This document shows, piece by piece, positions 52,641 through 64,000 of a DNA stretch of 64,000 nucleotides (position 1 is its first letter; each line of letters starts with the position of its first letter). Origin of the DNA: Eledone cirrhosa (taxonomy: Eukaryota). The notes under the pieces are model-generated. The model did not search any database. It was not told where the DNA came from and saw only the letters and a program-made list of their open reading frames with translations. The stretch spans positions 10,044,001 to 10,108,000 of the forward strand of contig OZ024756.1 of the NCBI GenBank assembly GCA_964016885.1, read 5' to 3'. The position numbers and the translations under genes are program-made.

Positions 52641-54861
52641 CTTACAGTTGTAAATATTGATTTCTGATATAAACCTAAATCTGAGATAGGATACAGTGAA
52701 TATCTGATCTGCTCAAAATTGAGGTTGGATGCAGTGAATTTCTGATCTAGTCTCAAAGCTGAGATGGGGTACAGTGAATATTTGATCTAGGCTCAAAGCT
52801 GAGGTGGCGTACAGTCAGTTTAAAAATTTGTATTTGTATTTCTTAATAGGGAATATTTCTTGTAATTTTTACATAGGTTTGGGGATTTTTTTCTTTATGA
52901 ATTCTATATAATGATGATGATGATGTTGTGTAACCCTAGGTTGGTCATGTTTGAGCAGACATATGGCATGCAGGCAGTCAGCTGAATGATTAAGCATGAC
53001 CCATAAATCCATCTTTTCTGTTATGCCATGTCTGTATAAGCTGCATTCTCTTTACAGTCCATTTGGTATCTCCACACTTGTTGTTTAGCCCTTGGTCAGC
53101 CCCCCCTGGTCGACTTGATCGAAGGTATTCTAACTGACCATCTCCCATCATTCATCATTTTCCTATGTATAAGGAACCCCCAAGACAACTCGACCTAATA
53201 TATTCAATTGCTAAGATGGTAAAGGTGTAGTTGAGGGGAGGTGACTTATTTCTAGCAGATCCATTGACCACTTAGAGGCTCCCATTTGGGTCCACATTTG
53301 TCAATGATGGTGTGATGATGATGTTGAGGAGGAGGAGATATTTTTATTTTTGTATTTTTTATATTATTTTAGGTGCTGCTTGCGTACAAGTTTTCTATTT
53401 TCGAACAAACTTGTAGTTTTATTTAAAAGATCTGTTTTGAAAAATGTTGAGTTATTTCCTAAATTAAATGTGAGTGGGGTGAGTGGAGTAAAACATAGAG
53501 GATGTGAGTGGAGGGTTTGAGAGAGGGGGACTGTGTAAGAGAAGGGGGTGGAGACAGAGAGAGAGAGAGAAAGAAAGAAAGCAGCCTGAGGTTAGTTACT
53601 GATAACCTATGCTTCTGACACAGTTCATCTGTTGCAGTTATTTACAAAATTTCTCATCATTGCCAACCCCTCCCCTGCCACTGCACCTCCAACTATACAC
53701 CCCCTCTTCCACCTCGCCACTCTCCCCTGTAAATATATATATAAATATATACATATATTTATATATATATAGAGAGAGAGAGAGAGTTAAGTATAAGCAG
53801 GTGGGAGTACTTGAGCTGCCATGAAGAAAGCTACTATTTGAGGAAGGATAAATTCCAAATATTAAGGCTACTACTTTTCAAGTATTTTGTTGTGTGTGTA
53901 TGTATATGTATCTGTGTATGTGGGGTTTTTTTGGGGGGGTGGAGGTGTTCACATGAGAGGCACAAGAAAAAATTCTTTGGAAACTATTAATAAGTCACGA
54001 CCAAAACATTTTCTTCAGCTTCAAAGCATTAGCCAGTCTTTTAAATAATTTTTAACCCTTTAGCATTTACATTGCTCTATATATATACTGTTGCATTTTT
54101 GTGCTGAAGGCTTTATCTTACATAATTATCTCACATAATATTGAATCTATGAGATTTTGATATTGTTTATTTTGAGAACAATACTTTAATATCAGTATGA
54201 GTGGCCAGTTGCAACTGGTTTAAACAGAAAGAGGTGAGAAAAGTCTAGACAAATACGACCAGTTTAAATACTAAAGGGTTAAACCTCTTCTGGCAATCAA
54301 GTTATTTGCCTTTTAACTGAATATGTTGTTGTTGTGTGCCAGGACAGTCGTCACTAGTGTTGGAGAGTTGCATGATAAACAGGCACCCAGTACACTCTGT
54401 AAAGTGGTTTGTGATATGGAGAGCATCCCTCGTGGAAAAACTTGCCAAATAAAGGGCAGAGAGGACTCTTAGTGTCATAGAGATAACCCCCCTCCCCAGT
54501 GCTGGTGCCCCCCTGATGGTGACATAACAACCTCCCCTAGTGATGGTGACAGCCTCCAGTGTTGGTGACACAACAACCTCCCCAGTGCTGGTGACAGCCT
54601 CCAGTCTTGGTGACACAACAACCTCCCCAGTGGTGGTGACAGCAACTTCAAGGAACCCCATATCTCTCCAGATGGAAACTTCTTTTTCTGTCTTTAAGCG
54701 TCTTCTACCTATTTTATAGTATCTCCATGCATGAGCACACCACTTTTTATATTAACTTTATCCCCTCGACACTTTGTAAAAGTCCGAGAGATCGGCAACA
54801 TAGATGATTATTTTTATATTTCATGCAATTTATTTTTTTTCTTTGATTTCCTCACTTGCAG

Positions 54862-55074
54862 GTGATATGGTGGTTCCAACCAAACCCAAAGTAACAAAAC
54901 AGACTGATACATCGGTGTTGGTTGAGTGGACAATTCCAGATAACGATGGCTTAGCTATTAAGTTTTTTGTTGTACAATACAAGGAAGTTTTCCCAAACAA
55001 AGATCACTGGCAAACCGAAGATGAGCAAATTCTTAACAAGTTTCGTAAAGTCGTTGTCAATCGTCTAAAACCTG
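54862..55074 (+). CDS. ihog: Ihog exon: FN3 domain 1 (N-terminal part)
   Basis: Acceptor ctcacttgcag and donor G|GTTTGT; 213 nt. Reads DMVVPTKPKVTKQTDTSVLVEWTIPDNDGLAIKFFVVQYKEVFPNKDHWQTEDEQILNKFRKVVVNRLKP, which resembles Drosophila Ihog FN1 as I recall it (P-x-x-P-x-V-T...NDGL...VQY...WQT). Confidence 0.95.
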
Positions 55075-55090
55075 GTTTGTTTCTTCTTTC

Positions 55091-57650
55091 ATCATCATCA
55101 TCATCATCATCATCATCGTTTAATGTCTATCTTCCACGCTAGCATGGGTTTAGACGGGAATTGTCCCACTTGAGGCAAGATTGGTTGTCTTGCCCGTATA
55201 GGACAGTCTAGCAGGTTTTCTACGGCTGGATACCCTTCCATGTTTACAGTGTGGACTGGGAGGTTTTTACCGTGTTACCTACATGGCCACATTACAGCGA
55301 GGACTGTGTGTTTTTTTGTCGTGACACCTACACGACCCCATTTATTTAGGACTGGATGTTGTGGTAACAACATAACTTTACAGAGAGAGGGTGGTGGGAG
55401 TGGGGGTGGAGTAGGGGTAGTGCGATGGGGGTGTATATTTATTTGGTTAAGAGGTGCCTACTGACTGTAGGTTTCGCTTTGTACATAGACAAGGCGGGTC
55501 TTCTGTATTACTACGTAGCACCAAAGATCTCGGTCCAGTGACATTGTCTTGGAGAGGTGTAAGTGTGTAAGCTCGGAATTTATCAAATCGTCCCAGGTTT
55601 TTTAGGGTCTACCTACTCCGTAACTTCCATCAATTTTGATCGCTCTGCACTTTTTTATACAGCTGTCATCTTTCATGCGCATCACGTGACCATACCAACG
55701 TAGTCTTCTCTCGAGTAAACAGCATCTGATCCCTCTTATTCCTAATTTCTCACTTAGTTCATTTATGCTTTGCCGTTCGCATGATGGAGCATGCATGCTT
55801 CATTCCTTTCCAGTCTGCACAGATCCTCTGCACACAATACCCATGTCTCACTGCCATGTAGCATTGCTGTTCGTATACAGGCATCATACAATCTGCCTTT
55901 CATTTTTAGAGAGAAACCTTTTGTGGCCAACACCGGTATAAGTTCTCTGAACTTTTTCCATCCCGTTTTGACTCTGACTACTGTACTTTCAGAGCACCCT
56001 CCACCACTGCTGATCTTGTCACCCAGGTAACGGAAGGCGTCCACTATTTCTATAGAACCATCTAGGCAACAGAAGGAGCTAGTATCCTGTGGGCACTTGT
56101 TACTTATTGCATCTGAGCATCGGACACATAAAATCTACATTCTTAGATAGCTTACCTGTGATCCCACTACATCTTTTATGTACCCATAGTTTGCAGTTGG
56201 GACATAAAATGGAATTTCTGCCTACTCCTTTCCTACACACTGAGCATGGCCATTTCCCAGAGGGTACCTGTGCCCTATTTTGCTTTCTACAAACTAGAAC
56301 TTTAGTCTTAGACAAGTTAACTTTAAAGCCTTTTGATTCTAGGCCATGCTTCCATGTTTGGAATTTCTTCTTTAGTTCAGCCATCAATTCAGCTATGAGA
56401 GTTAGATCCAGCATATAGAAGTTCCCATGGGCAGCCAGTCTTGAACTCCTCTGTTATAGCCTGAAGGGCAATAATAAATAGGAGAGGGCTAAGGACAGAG
56501 CCTTGATGAACACCAACTTTTACGCTAAATTCTTCACTATATTCGTTGTTAATTCTAACCTTGCTGACTGTTTCTTTATACATGGCTTGTATAGCTCTCA
56601 CAAGCCATTCATCAACACCTAGTTTTCTAAGAGCCCACCAGATAATGTCAAAGGCTTTCTCCAAGTCAACAAAAGCTAAGTAGAGGGGTTTACTTTTAGC
56701 TAGTAGTTGTCGTACAAGGAAAAGAGCGTCTGTGGTACTTTTATCTGACACAAACCCAAACTGCATTTCATCCAGATCAATTCGCTCTCTGATTAGTTGC
56801 ACTATAACTCTTTCTGTGACCTTCATGACCTGGTCAACTAATTTAATGCCTCTGTAGTTTCCCCTATCTAGAGCATCTCCTTTACTTTTGTAGCAGTTAA
56901 TGATGATGCTGCTACGCCAGTCTTTTGGTATGATCCCATTCTGTATTATTTGGTTTACTATCCGGGTGACCATAGTGTGTCCCACCATTCCAGATGCTTT
57001 CAGCATTTCAGTAACTATCTCCGAGGGTCCAGCTGCCTTGCCTGTCTTCATATCTTTGATTGCCTTACTTATTATACTACCTTTAACTTGCATCGCTGGT
57101 CCCTCTATTGGATCAATTTGGGGCAGACTATCTAAATGAGGAGAATAAATGGGAAAATCCCATTTATTCTCCTCATTTAGTAGTCTCTCGTAGTGACACT
57201 TCCAACCTACCTTCTTATCAGTATCAGAGAGGGCAAGTACACCCTTATCATTACGGACACACTTCTCCTCGATAATATCACTGTTTTCCTTGACACATAG
57301 TCTACCAATCCTGAACACCTCACGTTGTAGAACATGCTTGAACTTCCTTTCCTCTGCTTCCCTTTTTGCAAAGTACACTTGTCTCCTAGCTTCCCTCCTG
57401 GCCACTTGATAGTGTTCCCGATTTCCCCCATCCCGCCATACTTTCCAAGCTTGCTTTTTGGCCTTGATTGACTCCTCTACCTTACTGTTCCACCACCATG
57501 TTACTCTCCTCCTGCCTATAGGTCTGCTCCAACCACAGATTTCATCTGTCACCTTCAGCAGGAATACCCACTGTTCCTCTATATTGTACGTCTCTAATTG
57601 CTCTTCCTTACTGTCAAAAGCATCAAGTAATATGCTTTTAAATTTGTTAC
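55091..57650 (-). mobile_element. 5'-truncated RTE LINE (RT, Cys-rich region, 3' UTR, (GAT)n tail), disrupted
   Basis: TWWWN, NYRGIKL, QFGF, FVDLEKAFD, GVHQGSVLSPLLF, PWELLYA (frameshift), CSVCRKGVGRNSILC, RRLRWYGHVMR. Confidence 0.95.
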
Positions 57651-58159
57651 TGGCTTATTATCGATAGTTATTGTTTAACCATAGGTCAGCTATAGTTATT
57701 GTCTAGCTATTGGTCAATCATATGTCAGTGCTGATCAAACTAAACAGACCCGTTATCAAGCAATGTTGATTAGGTATAGAATTAATCTTGATGTGATTTT
57801 GTTTTATGTGAGGGAGAAACACTACTAATGCTATTTTCCAAAATATATGCAGAAGTACTTCGTAGGCTTCCTTAGGTCACCAATGACCATGGCTTTTGGA
57901 CCTAGAAAGTTCCCCTTTAAAACGCAAACCTCGGCATAATGTTTTTTGTGGAAGACCAGCAGTTGTCCATTCATACCAGTATCCTCTCTTCATGCCACCA
58001 ATGTTGTCCAAGGGAAAAGCAATGGCCAGTACACAGCTAAGTACACAGCCAGTACACAGCTAAGTAAATTGGAGCAACGTGAAATAAAGTGTCTTGCTCA
58101 AGAACACAATGCATCGCCTGGTCCAAGAATCAAACTCATAGCTTCCTGATTACAAGCAC

Positions 58160-58591
58160 CAAAATTAGAGTTTTAGTAAATAGGAAAGAAGATAGGACTG
58201 AGATGCTGTCAGAGGTAGATGGCTGTATTCAATGTGTAGAAAAGGAGTAGGCAGAAACTCCACACAGGGTTACCGATGTGGACAGTGGAGAAACAAGAAA
58301 TGTAGTGGGATCACAGGCTGGCTGACAGAGAGTAGACCTCATATGTGGCAGGTGTACAGGAATTGTCAACACTATGGAAGGGTTGCTTGCGAAATAGACT
58401 CCCCCGAATGCTCAGAATATTCACTAGAAATAGTAGATAGCTTTTGTTATCTAGGTTACTTGAATAACAGTGGAGGTGGATGTACTGAAATTATAGTAGG
58501 CATAGTGAGAAGAGGATGGAAGAAGTTCAGGGAGCTGGTGCCTCTACTGGCAACAAAGGGCTTCTCTTTCAGAGTGAAAGGCAGATTAGAT
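58160..58591 (+). mobile_element. Older RTE LINE fragment
   Basis: CRKGVGRNS...VDSFCYLG...GWKKFRELVPLLATKGFSFRVKGRL. Confidence 0.85.
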
Positions 58592-59121
58592 GAACCCTTT
58601 AGCATTTACATTATTCTATATTTACTACTATATTTTCACGGTAAAGGCTTTACCTCACATGTGTGTGTGTGACAGCTCACACCTATGCATGTTTAGCTGA
58701 CCTCCTCCAAGGTATATCTCATTGGAGGTGTCTTGGGTGATTAATGATAGGAACCCCAGTCCCTATCATCTCATTTCTATAGCTGAGTAAACTGGAGCAA
58801 CATGAAATAAAGTGTCTTGCTTAAGGAAACAATACATCACCTGCTTCGAGTATTGACCTCACAACCTTTCGATTGCTCTAACCACTAAGCCATGCGCCTT
58901 CACATAATATCAAATCTATGAGATTTTGATATTATTTATTTTGAGAACAACACCTTAACATCAGTATGAGTGGCTGGTTACAGCCGATTTGAACAGAAAG
59001 ATGTGTGAGAATTCTGGCTGGATGCGGCTGGTTTAAATGCTAAAGGGTTAAACTTGTGTTTGAACTTCTATGTACCTTCACTGTCATAAGGTGTAATTTT
59101 CTTCTATTTTCCTATTTTCAG

Positions 59122-59315
59122 ATGCTACATATAAATTCCGAATTGTAGCAGTCTATAGCAATAATGACAATGCTCCAGGTGACAACTCTGACCCCTTTAC
59201 CCTCGTATCTGATGGTGACCACAGCTCAGTGAAGCGTTTAATCGATGGACCAACAATTGTCAAAGTTGAAGAATTAGTTGTTGACAAAATTTATGCAATA
59301 GTTGTTGAATGGAAG
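59122..59315 (+). CDS. ihog: Ihog exon: end of FN3-1 and start of FN3-2
   Basis: Acceptor cctattttcag and donor AAG|GTAAGG; phase 1/0. Reads DATYKFRIVAVYSNNDNAPGDNSDPFTL...IYAIVVEWK. Y-x-F-R-I-x-AVYSNNDN is characteristic of Ihog/Boi. Confidence 0.95.
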
Positions 59316-59530
59316 GTAAGGGCTTCATGTTTATATTCTTTCATCTTTTTTTCTGGTTCTAAAATCTCGAACCCGGACACTTCTCAAGCCGATGTTCCTA
59401 CACACACAGATTCATATACACACAAACATACATTTATACTTACATAACAGCACTGACAACAAATTGAATTGCACAGAAATTTTCTAGTCTAGATTATTGC
59501 CATTTGACATGTCTTATATTCTCATTTCAG

Positions 59531-59750
59531 TATATTCCAGTGAAGTCAGTTCCAATCAGTGGTTTTATAATCTTCTACAAGCGCTACCATCAGGATGTTT
59601 CTTTTACCAATATCACCCTTTATGAACCGGTACTTCGTAAACACATCATCAAAAACCTGGAACCTGGCACTGACTACAGGATTAAGATGGAATGTTTTAA
59701 TAAATATGGCTACAGTAAATTTAGCAACAAAGTTGTCAAACGAACTTCGC
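59531..59750 (+). CDS. ihog: Ihog exon: FN3 domain 2
   Basis: Acceptor ctcatttcag and donor C|GTAAGT; phase 0/1. Reads YIPVKSVPISGFIIFYKRY...IKNLEPGTDYRIKMECFNKYGYSKFSNKVVKRTS. Confidence 0.95.
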
Positions 59751-61204
59751 GTAAGTCCTTCTTCCCCTTTACCTTCTCCATCTGGTACTCTTCTCACTCA
59801 ACTCTTCTTTTGGGTCCTAAATAATAGGGAGGAGGGGGTTGGCTTCTTCCTTTTACTCTCAGGTCTCCAAATAATAGGAGACCCAGAGGTAGAGCCCGAG
59901 CAAGATGGTTGGATAACATCCGATGAGCTTGGCTGGTCTCGCTTGGGGATCCAGCCAGATCAGTTGGAGGTGGTTGCTTCTGACAGGACCTACTGGAAGG
60001 AGTGTTTGAGGACTCTGCTCCCATAACCCTCTCAGGAATAAGTGGGCAAAAAAAAGAAGGGTTGGAATAAGCTGAGGGGTGGGGGTAATTTTTCTAGGTT
60101 GTCTCCATTGATTTTTTTTTAAAAACCAGAATTAGTTGTTTAGTTTACAAACTGAGACCCCCCAACCCGTCCTATTTATTTTATAACTTATGGGATTTCT
60201 GGGGACCATTATTCAAGATTTGACAGTAATTTCTCTCACTTATTCCTCTATATTTTCTATTAACAAATAGTTTTATTAGAAGGAGCTCTCGCAATGCAAT
60301 TGGGACATTAACCCTTTAGCATTCACATTACTCAATATATACTATTATATTTTCATGAAAATATAATAGTATATATAGAGGGCGGTGGATTGGCAGTATC
60401 GGTAGAGGGTCGGACGCCATGCTAGGGCGGTGGATTGGCAGTATCGGCAGAGGGTCGGACGCCATGCTAGGGCGGTGGATTGGCAGTATCGGTAGGGGGT
60501 CGGACGCCATGCTTTCCAGCATAGTTACGTCCCTTTACGATCTGAGTTCAAATCCCGCCGAGGTTGACTTTGCCTTTCATCCTTACGGGGTCGATAAAAT
60601 AAAGTACCAGTAATGCACTGGGTAATTGCTGGCCTTGTGCCTAAAGTAGAAACAATTATATTTTCATGGTAAAGGCTATGAGATTTTGAAAGTATTTATT
60701 TTGAGAACAATACCTTAACATCAGTATGAGTGGCCAGTTACAGCCAGTTTCAACAGAAAAGAGGTAGAGAATTTTGGCCGGTTTGAACATTAAAGGGTTA
60801 AATGTGAAATATATGATAACAAAAATATTGGAATGTTATGTTGGTGTTTTGTAATAGTTCTTGATATGTGTGTGTGTACGTGTTTGTGTATATATGTTAC
60901 ACTCATTAGTGCATACATATGTGTGTTATCTTGAAATTTTATAATAGACTTTAATATTTTTGGATATGTGTGTGTATGTATAAGTGTGTGTGTACATGTA
61001 TGTATGTGTCATTGCTTTTGACAGGACCCACTGGAAGGAGTGTTTGAGGACTCTGTCCCCCACGACCCTCTCAGGAATAAGTGGGTGAAGAAGAAGTGTG
61101 TGTACATGTATATATGTGTCTGTGTGTATATGTTTCTGTATGTATGTTACTCACAGTTGTGCATTCATATGTGTGTTTATATTTATACATATTGTATTTT
61201 TCAG

Positions 61205-61450
61205 CTGCTGAAAATTGGCATGACAATGACTATATCCCAAACCATCTACGAACTGCTAGTCCTTCGAGATATTACCCTGCCATGACACAAGTAACAACAC
61301 TTCGAAATTCCAACCATCATAACGGTTTCCAGTCTAGTGGAGAATTACTTTATAAGATCTTAGGTGGAATTCTCTCAGTAATGGTCCTTGTTCTCCTTGT
61401 TCTGATAGTTATGTGTTGTATTCGGCAGAGACAGCCCCCTATTCCGAGAG
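61205..61450 (+). CDS. ihog: Ihog exon: juxtamembrane stalk and transmembrane helix
   Basis: Acceptor gtatttttcag and donor G|GTGAGT; 246 nt, phase 1/1. TM segment ILGGILSVMVLVLLVLIVMCCI is followed by RQR (positive-inside). Confidence 0.93.
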
Positions 61451-61866
61451 GTGAGTATTATAATACATTGGTGTATTATAACAAGGGCGGTGGTTTGGCA
61501 GTATTGGTAGAGCATCAGACACCATATTTTGCAGCATAGAGTTATGGCCCTTTGCATTCTGAGTTCAAATCCCACCAAGGTTAACGTTGCCTTTCATCCT
61601 TTCGAGGTCAATAAAAAGAGTACCATCGTGTAGAAGCACATTGGGTATATAAGTTTACTGCTTTATTCATGGCAAATTTCTACAGCGGGATTCAACTGGG
61701 ATTTTTACAGCTGGATGTCCTTCCTAACACCAAGTACATTTACAGTGTGGAACTGGATAGTACTGTTATGAGGAGGGTCTGGCCAGTTGGCCGCAACATA
61801 CCCTGCTCACATCGGAACCATAGTTTGGGAGCCATATATATATTATGTGTATCCTGGTTTTTAGAA

Positions 61867-62250
61867 TAGATAGTGCAAAGCGAAACCTACAGTCAGTAGG
61901 CACCTCTTACCAAAATACACCCCCCATCCCATTACCCTCACCCCATCCACACCACCCCTTTCGATGTAAAGTTATGTTGGTACCACAACATCCAGTCCTA
62001 AATAAATGAGGTCGTGTAGGTGTCACAACAAAAAAACACAGTCCACGCTGTAAGGTAACACGGTAAAAACCTCCCAGTCCACACTGTAAACGTGGTTGGT
62101 GTTAGGAAGGGCATCCAGCCGTAGAAAACCCGCCAGACATTCCTATGCGAGCAAGACAACCAATCTTGCCTCAAGTGGGACAATTCCCGTCCAGACCCAT
62201 GCTAGCATGGAAGATGGACGTTAAACGATGATGATGATGATGATGATGAT
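61867..62250 (+). mobile_element. RTE LINE 3' UTR copy
   Basis: Reverse complement of ~55091-55482; (GAT)n tail. Confidence 0.85.
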
Positions 62251-62434
62251 ACACTGTATTCCTGTGTGTTCGTAAGAGGCAACTAAAGGGTTGACCTCAA
62301 GAAGGCACCCAACTATAAAACATTGTCTCAAAACACATCGTCCAATCAATTGTCACTATGTTTAATTTATATACATTGTTTGGCCTTCCATTTACTTAAA
62401 ATTGTTTTCTTTTTTTCTTTTGACCATATTTTAG

Positions 62435-62610
62435 CCTCATACTATAAAGAATCAATGAATAGAATGAATGGTTCTTTGAGCAATGGTTCCCATCATTCTC
62501 ATCACAGTCATTATTGTCAACACAGCCCCACTCAACAAACACCAAAGTCTTACACTGTCACAGACCTAATTGATGGCTACACTTCAGCTCCAACGTCTTC
62601 AAAACCAATG
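62435..62610 (+). CDS. ihog: Ihog exon: cytoplasmic tail (gene continues beyond the window)
   Basis: Acceptor ccatattttag and donor ATG|GTAATT; phase 1/0. Reads ASYYKESMNRMNGSLSNGSHHSHHSHYCQHSPTQQTPKSYTVTDLIDGYTSAPTSSKPM. Confidence 0.8.
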
Positions 62611-62760
62611 GTAATTTATTGAATATATATCTATCTTATTTATCTGTCTGTCTATCAGTCCGTCTGTCTGTCTCTTCATATATATATATATGTGTCTGTC
62701 TATCCATTTATCTATCTATCCTCTTTCGTTTTATATCTAACTATCTATCTCTCTATCTAT

Positions 62761-63490
62761 AATAATAATAATGAAATGATTGTGTAAAGTGCTCAGGTGC
62801 ACTACAACTCGTCAAAGGTGTATGTATAGTACATAGAATAATACAGTAATGTCAGGGAAGTACATGTGTGTATGTGTTAGCTGTAGTGTTGGCGGATCTC
62901 GGGAAGCATGGAGGCCTTAAAGGATGCAGTGTCTCGACAGCTAACAACTGATGCAGGTAGTTTGTTCCATGCTTCAGCAACTCTGAGTGTGAAAAAATGT
63001 TTCCGAAAGTCATGGGAAATGTGCTGTTTTCTTACTTTGTGGGCATGTCCACGTGTGTTAGACACGTGGAAATCAAAAAGGTACTCAGGGTTGTTGTTGG
63101 CAACATGGTTAACAATTTTGTGGGTGTTTACCAAGTCAGTTGCCAGGCGTCGGAGCTTCAATGAATCCATGCCCAGGGAAGCAAGGCGCTCAGAGTATGG
63201 TAGATGCCTGATGGAGGGTATTCGCTTGGTTGCACGTCTCTGAACAGTTTCCAGGCAGTCAATGTTCTGAGCAAGATAGGGGTTCCAGACTGGTGATGCA
63301 AAATCTAAGTGTGGCCGCACCATAGCCATGTACAGCCTTAAATAGATATCTGGAGAGCGGCTGACAAAGGTCTTGCTGAGTGATGCTAAGACACCCTCGG
63401 CCCTCTTGACAATTTTAGAGACGTGCCTCGTCCAACGCAAATCGCTGCTGACCGTAATGCCCAGGTCACGTTCACAGGAAGACTTCTTGA
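62761..63490 (-). mobile_element. CR1-clade LINE 3' fragment
   Basis: VRPHLDFASPVWNPY...VQRRATK..YSERL..TRGH..RKHFFTLRVAEAWNKLP; (ATT)n tail. Confidence 0.9.
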
Positions 63491-64000
63491 TATTAGTGCT
63501 ATATCCACTCTCTCTTGTTTTCTATTTCTATCAATGGTAATTTTCAGACTAGCTATATATCTATACATGTATAGAAATATCTATATATCTATTGATTTAT
63601 AGAATATCTCTCTCTCTATATCTATTAATTTATAGAAATATCTATATATCTATTGATTTATAAAATAAGCTTTGTTTCTTTAACCCTTTAGCATTTACAT
63701 TACTCTATATTTACTATTGTGTTTTCATGGTAAAGGCTTTACCTTACATAATATCTCATCTATGATATTTTGATATTATTTATTTTGAGGGCGGTGAATT
63801 GGCAGTATCGGTAGAGGGTTGGACGCCATGCTTTCTAGCATAGTTACGTCCCTTTACAGTCTGAGTTAAAATCCCGCCGAGGTTAACTTTGCCTTTCATC
63901 CTTACGGGGTCGATAAAATAAAGTACCAGTAATGTACTGGGTAATTGCTGGCCTTGTGCCTAAAGTAGAAACTATTATTTATTTTGAGAACAATACCTTA

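Noticed and set aside
37558-57650. APE fragment and RT fragment as one split LINE
   Set aside because: The order on the minus strand is reversed (RT upstream of APE) and host exons lie between them, so these are separate insertions.

Overview
This is AT-rich, microsatellite-laden eukaryotic genomic DNA. Its SINE/LINE repertoire suggests an octopus/cephalopod genome (inference). The only host gene I can support is a + strand, multi-exon Ihog/Boi (CDON/BOC family) Hedgehog co-receptor. Eleven GT-AG exons from 33609 to 62610 splice into one open frame: C-terminal half of an Ig domain, two complete Ig domains, a Lys-rich linker, two FN3 domains, a TM helix and the start of the cytoplasmic tail. 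The 5' exons and the stop codon were not found in the window. The rest is repeats: two tRNA-derived SINE families; RTE, CR1 and R4-like LINE fragments; Penelope-like element remnants; Helitrons; a DD37D maT transposon; hAT and piggyBac-type MITEs; mini- and microsatellites. The most notable unannotated structures are: (i) about 8 minimal type I hammerhead ribozyme motifs, including a head-to-head inverted pair inside an ihog intron; (ii) a ~24-bp repeat array whose units are separated by different mobile elements; (iii) a candidate recursive-splicing exon and a skippable poly-basic exon in ihog; (iv) long fold-back hairpins. Most ORFs in the supplied track are microsatellite or minisatellite artefacts.
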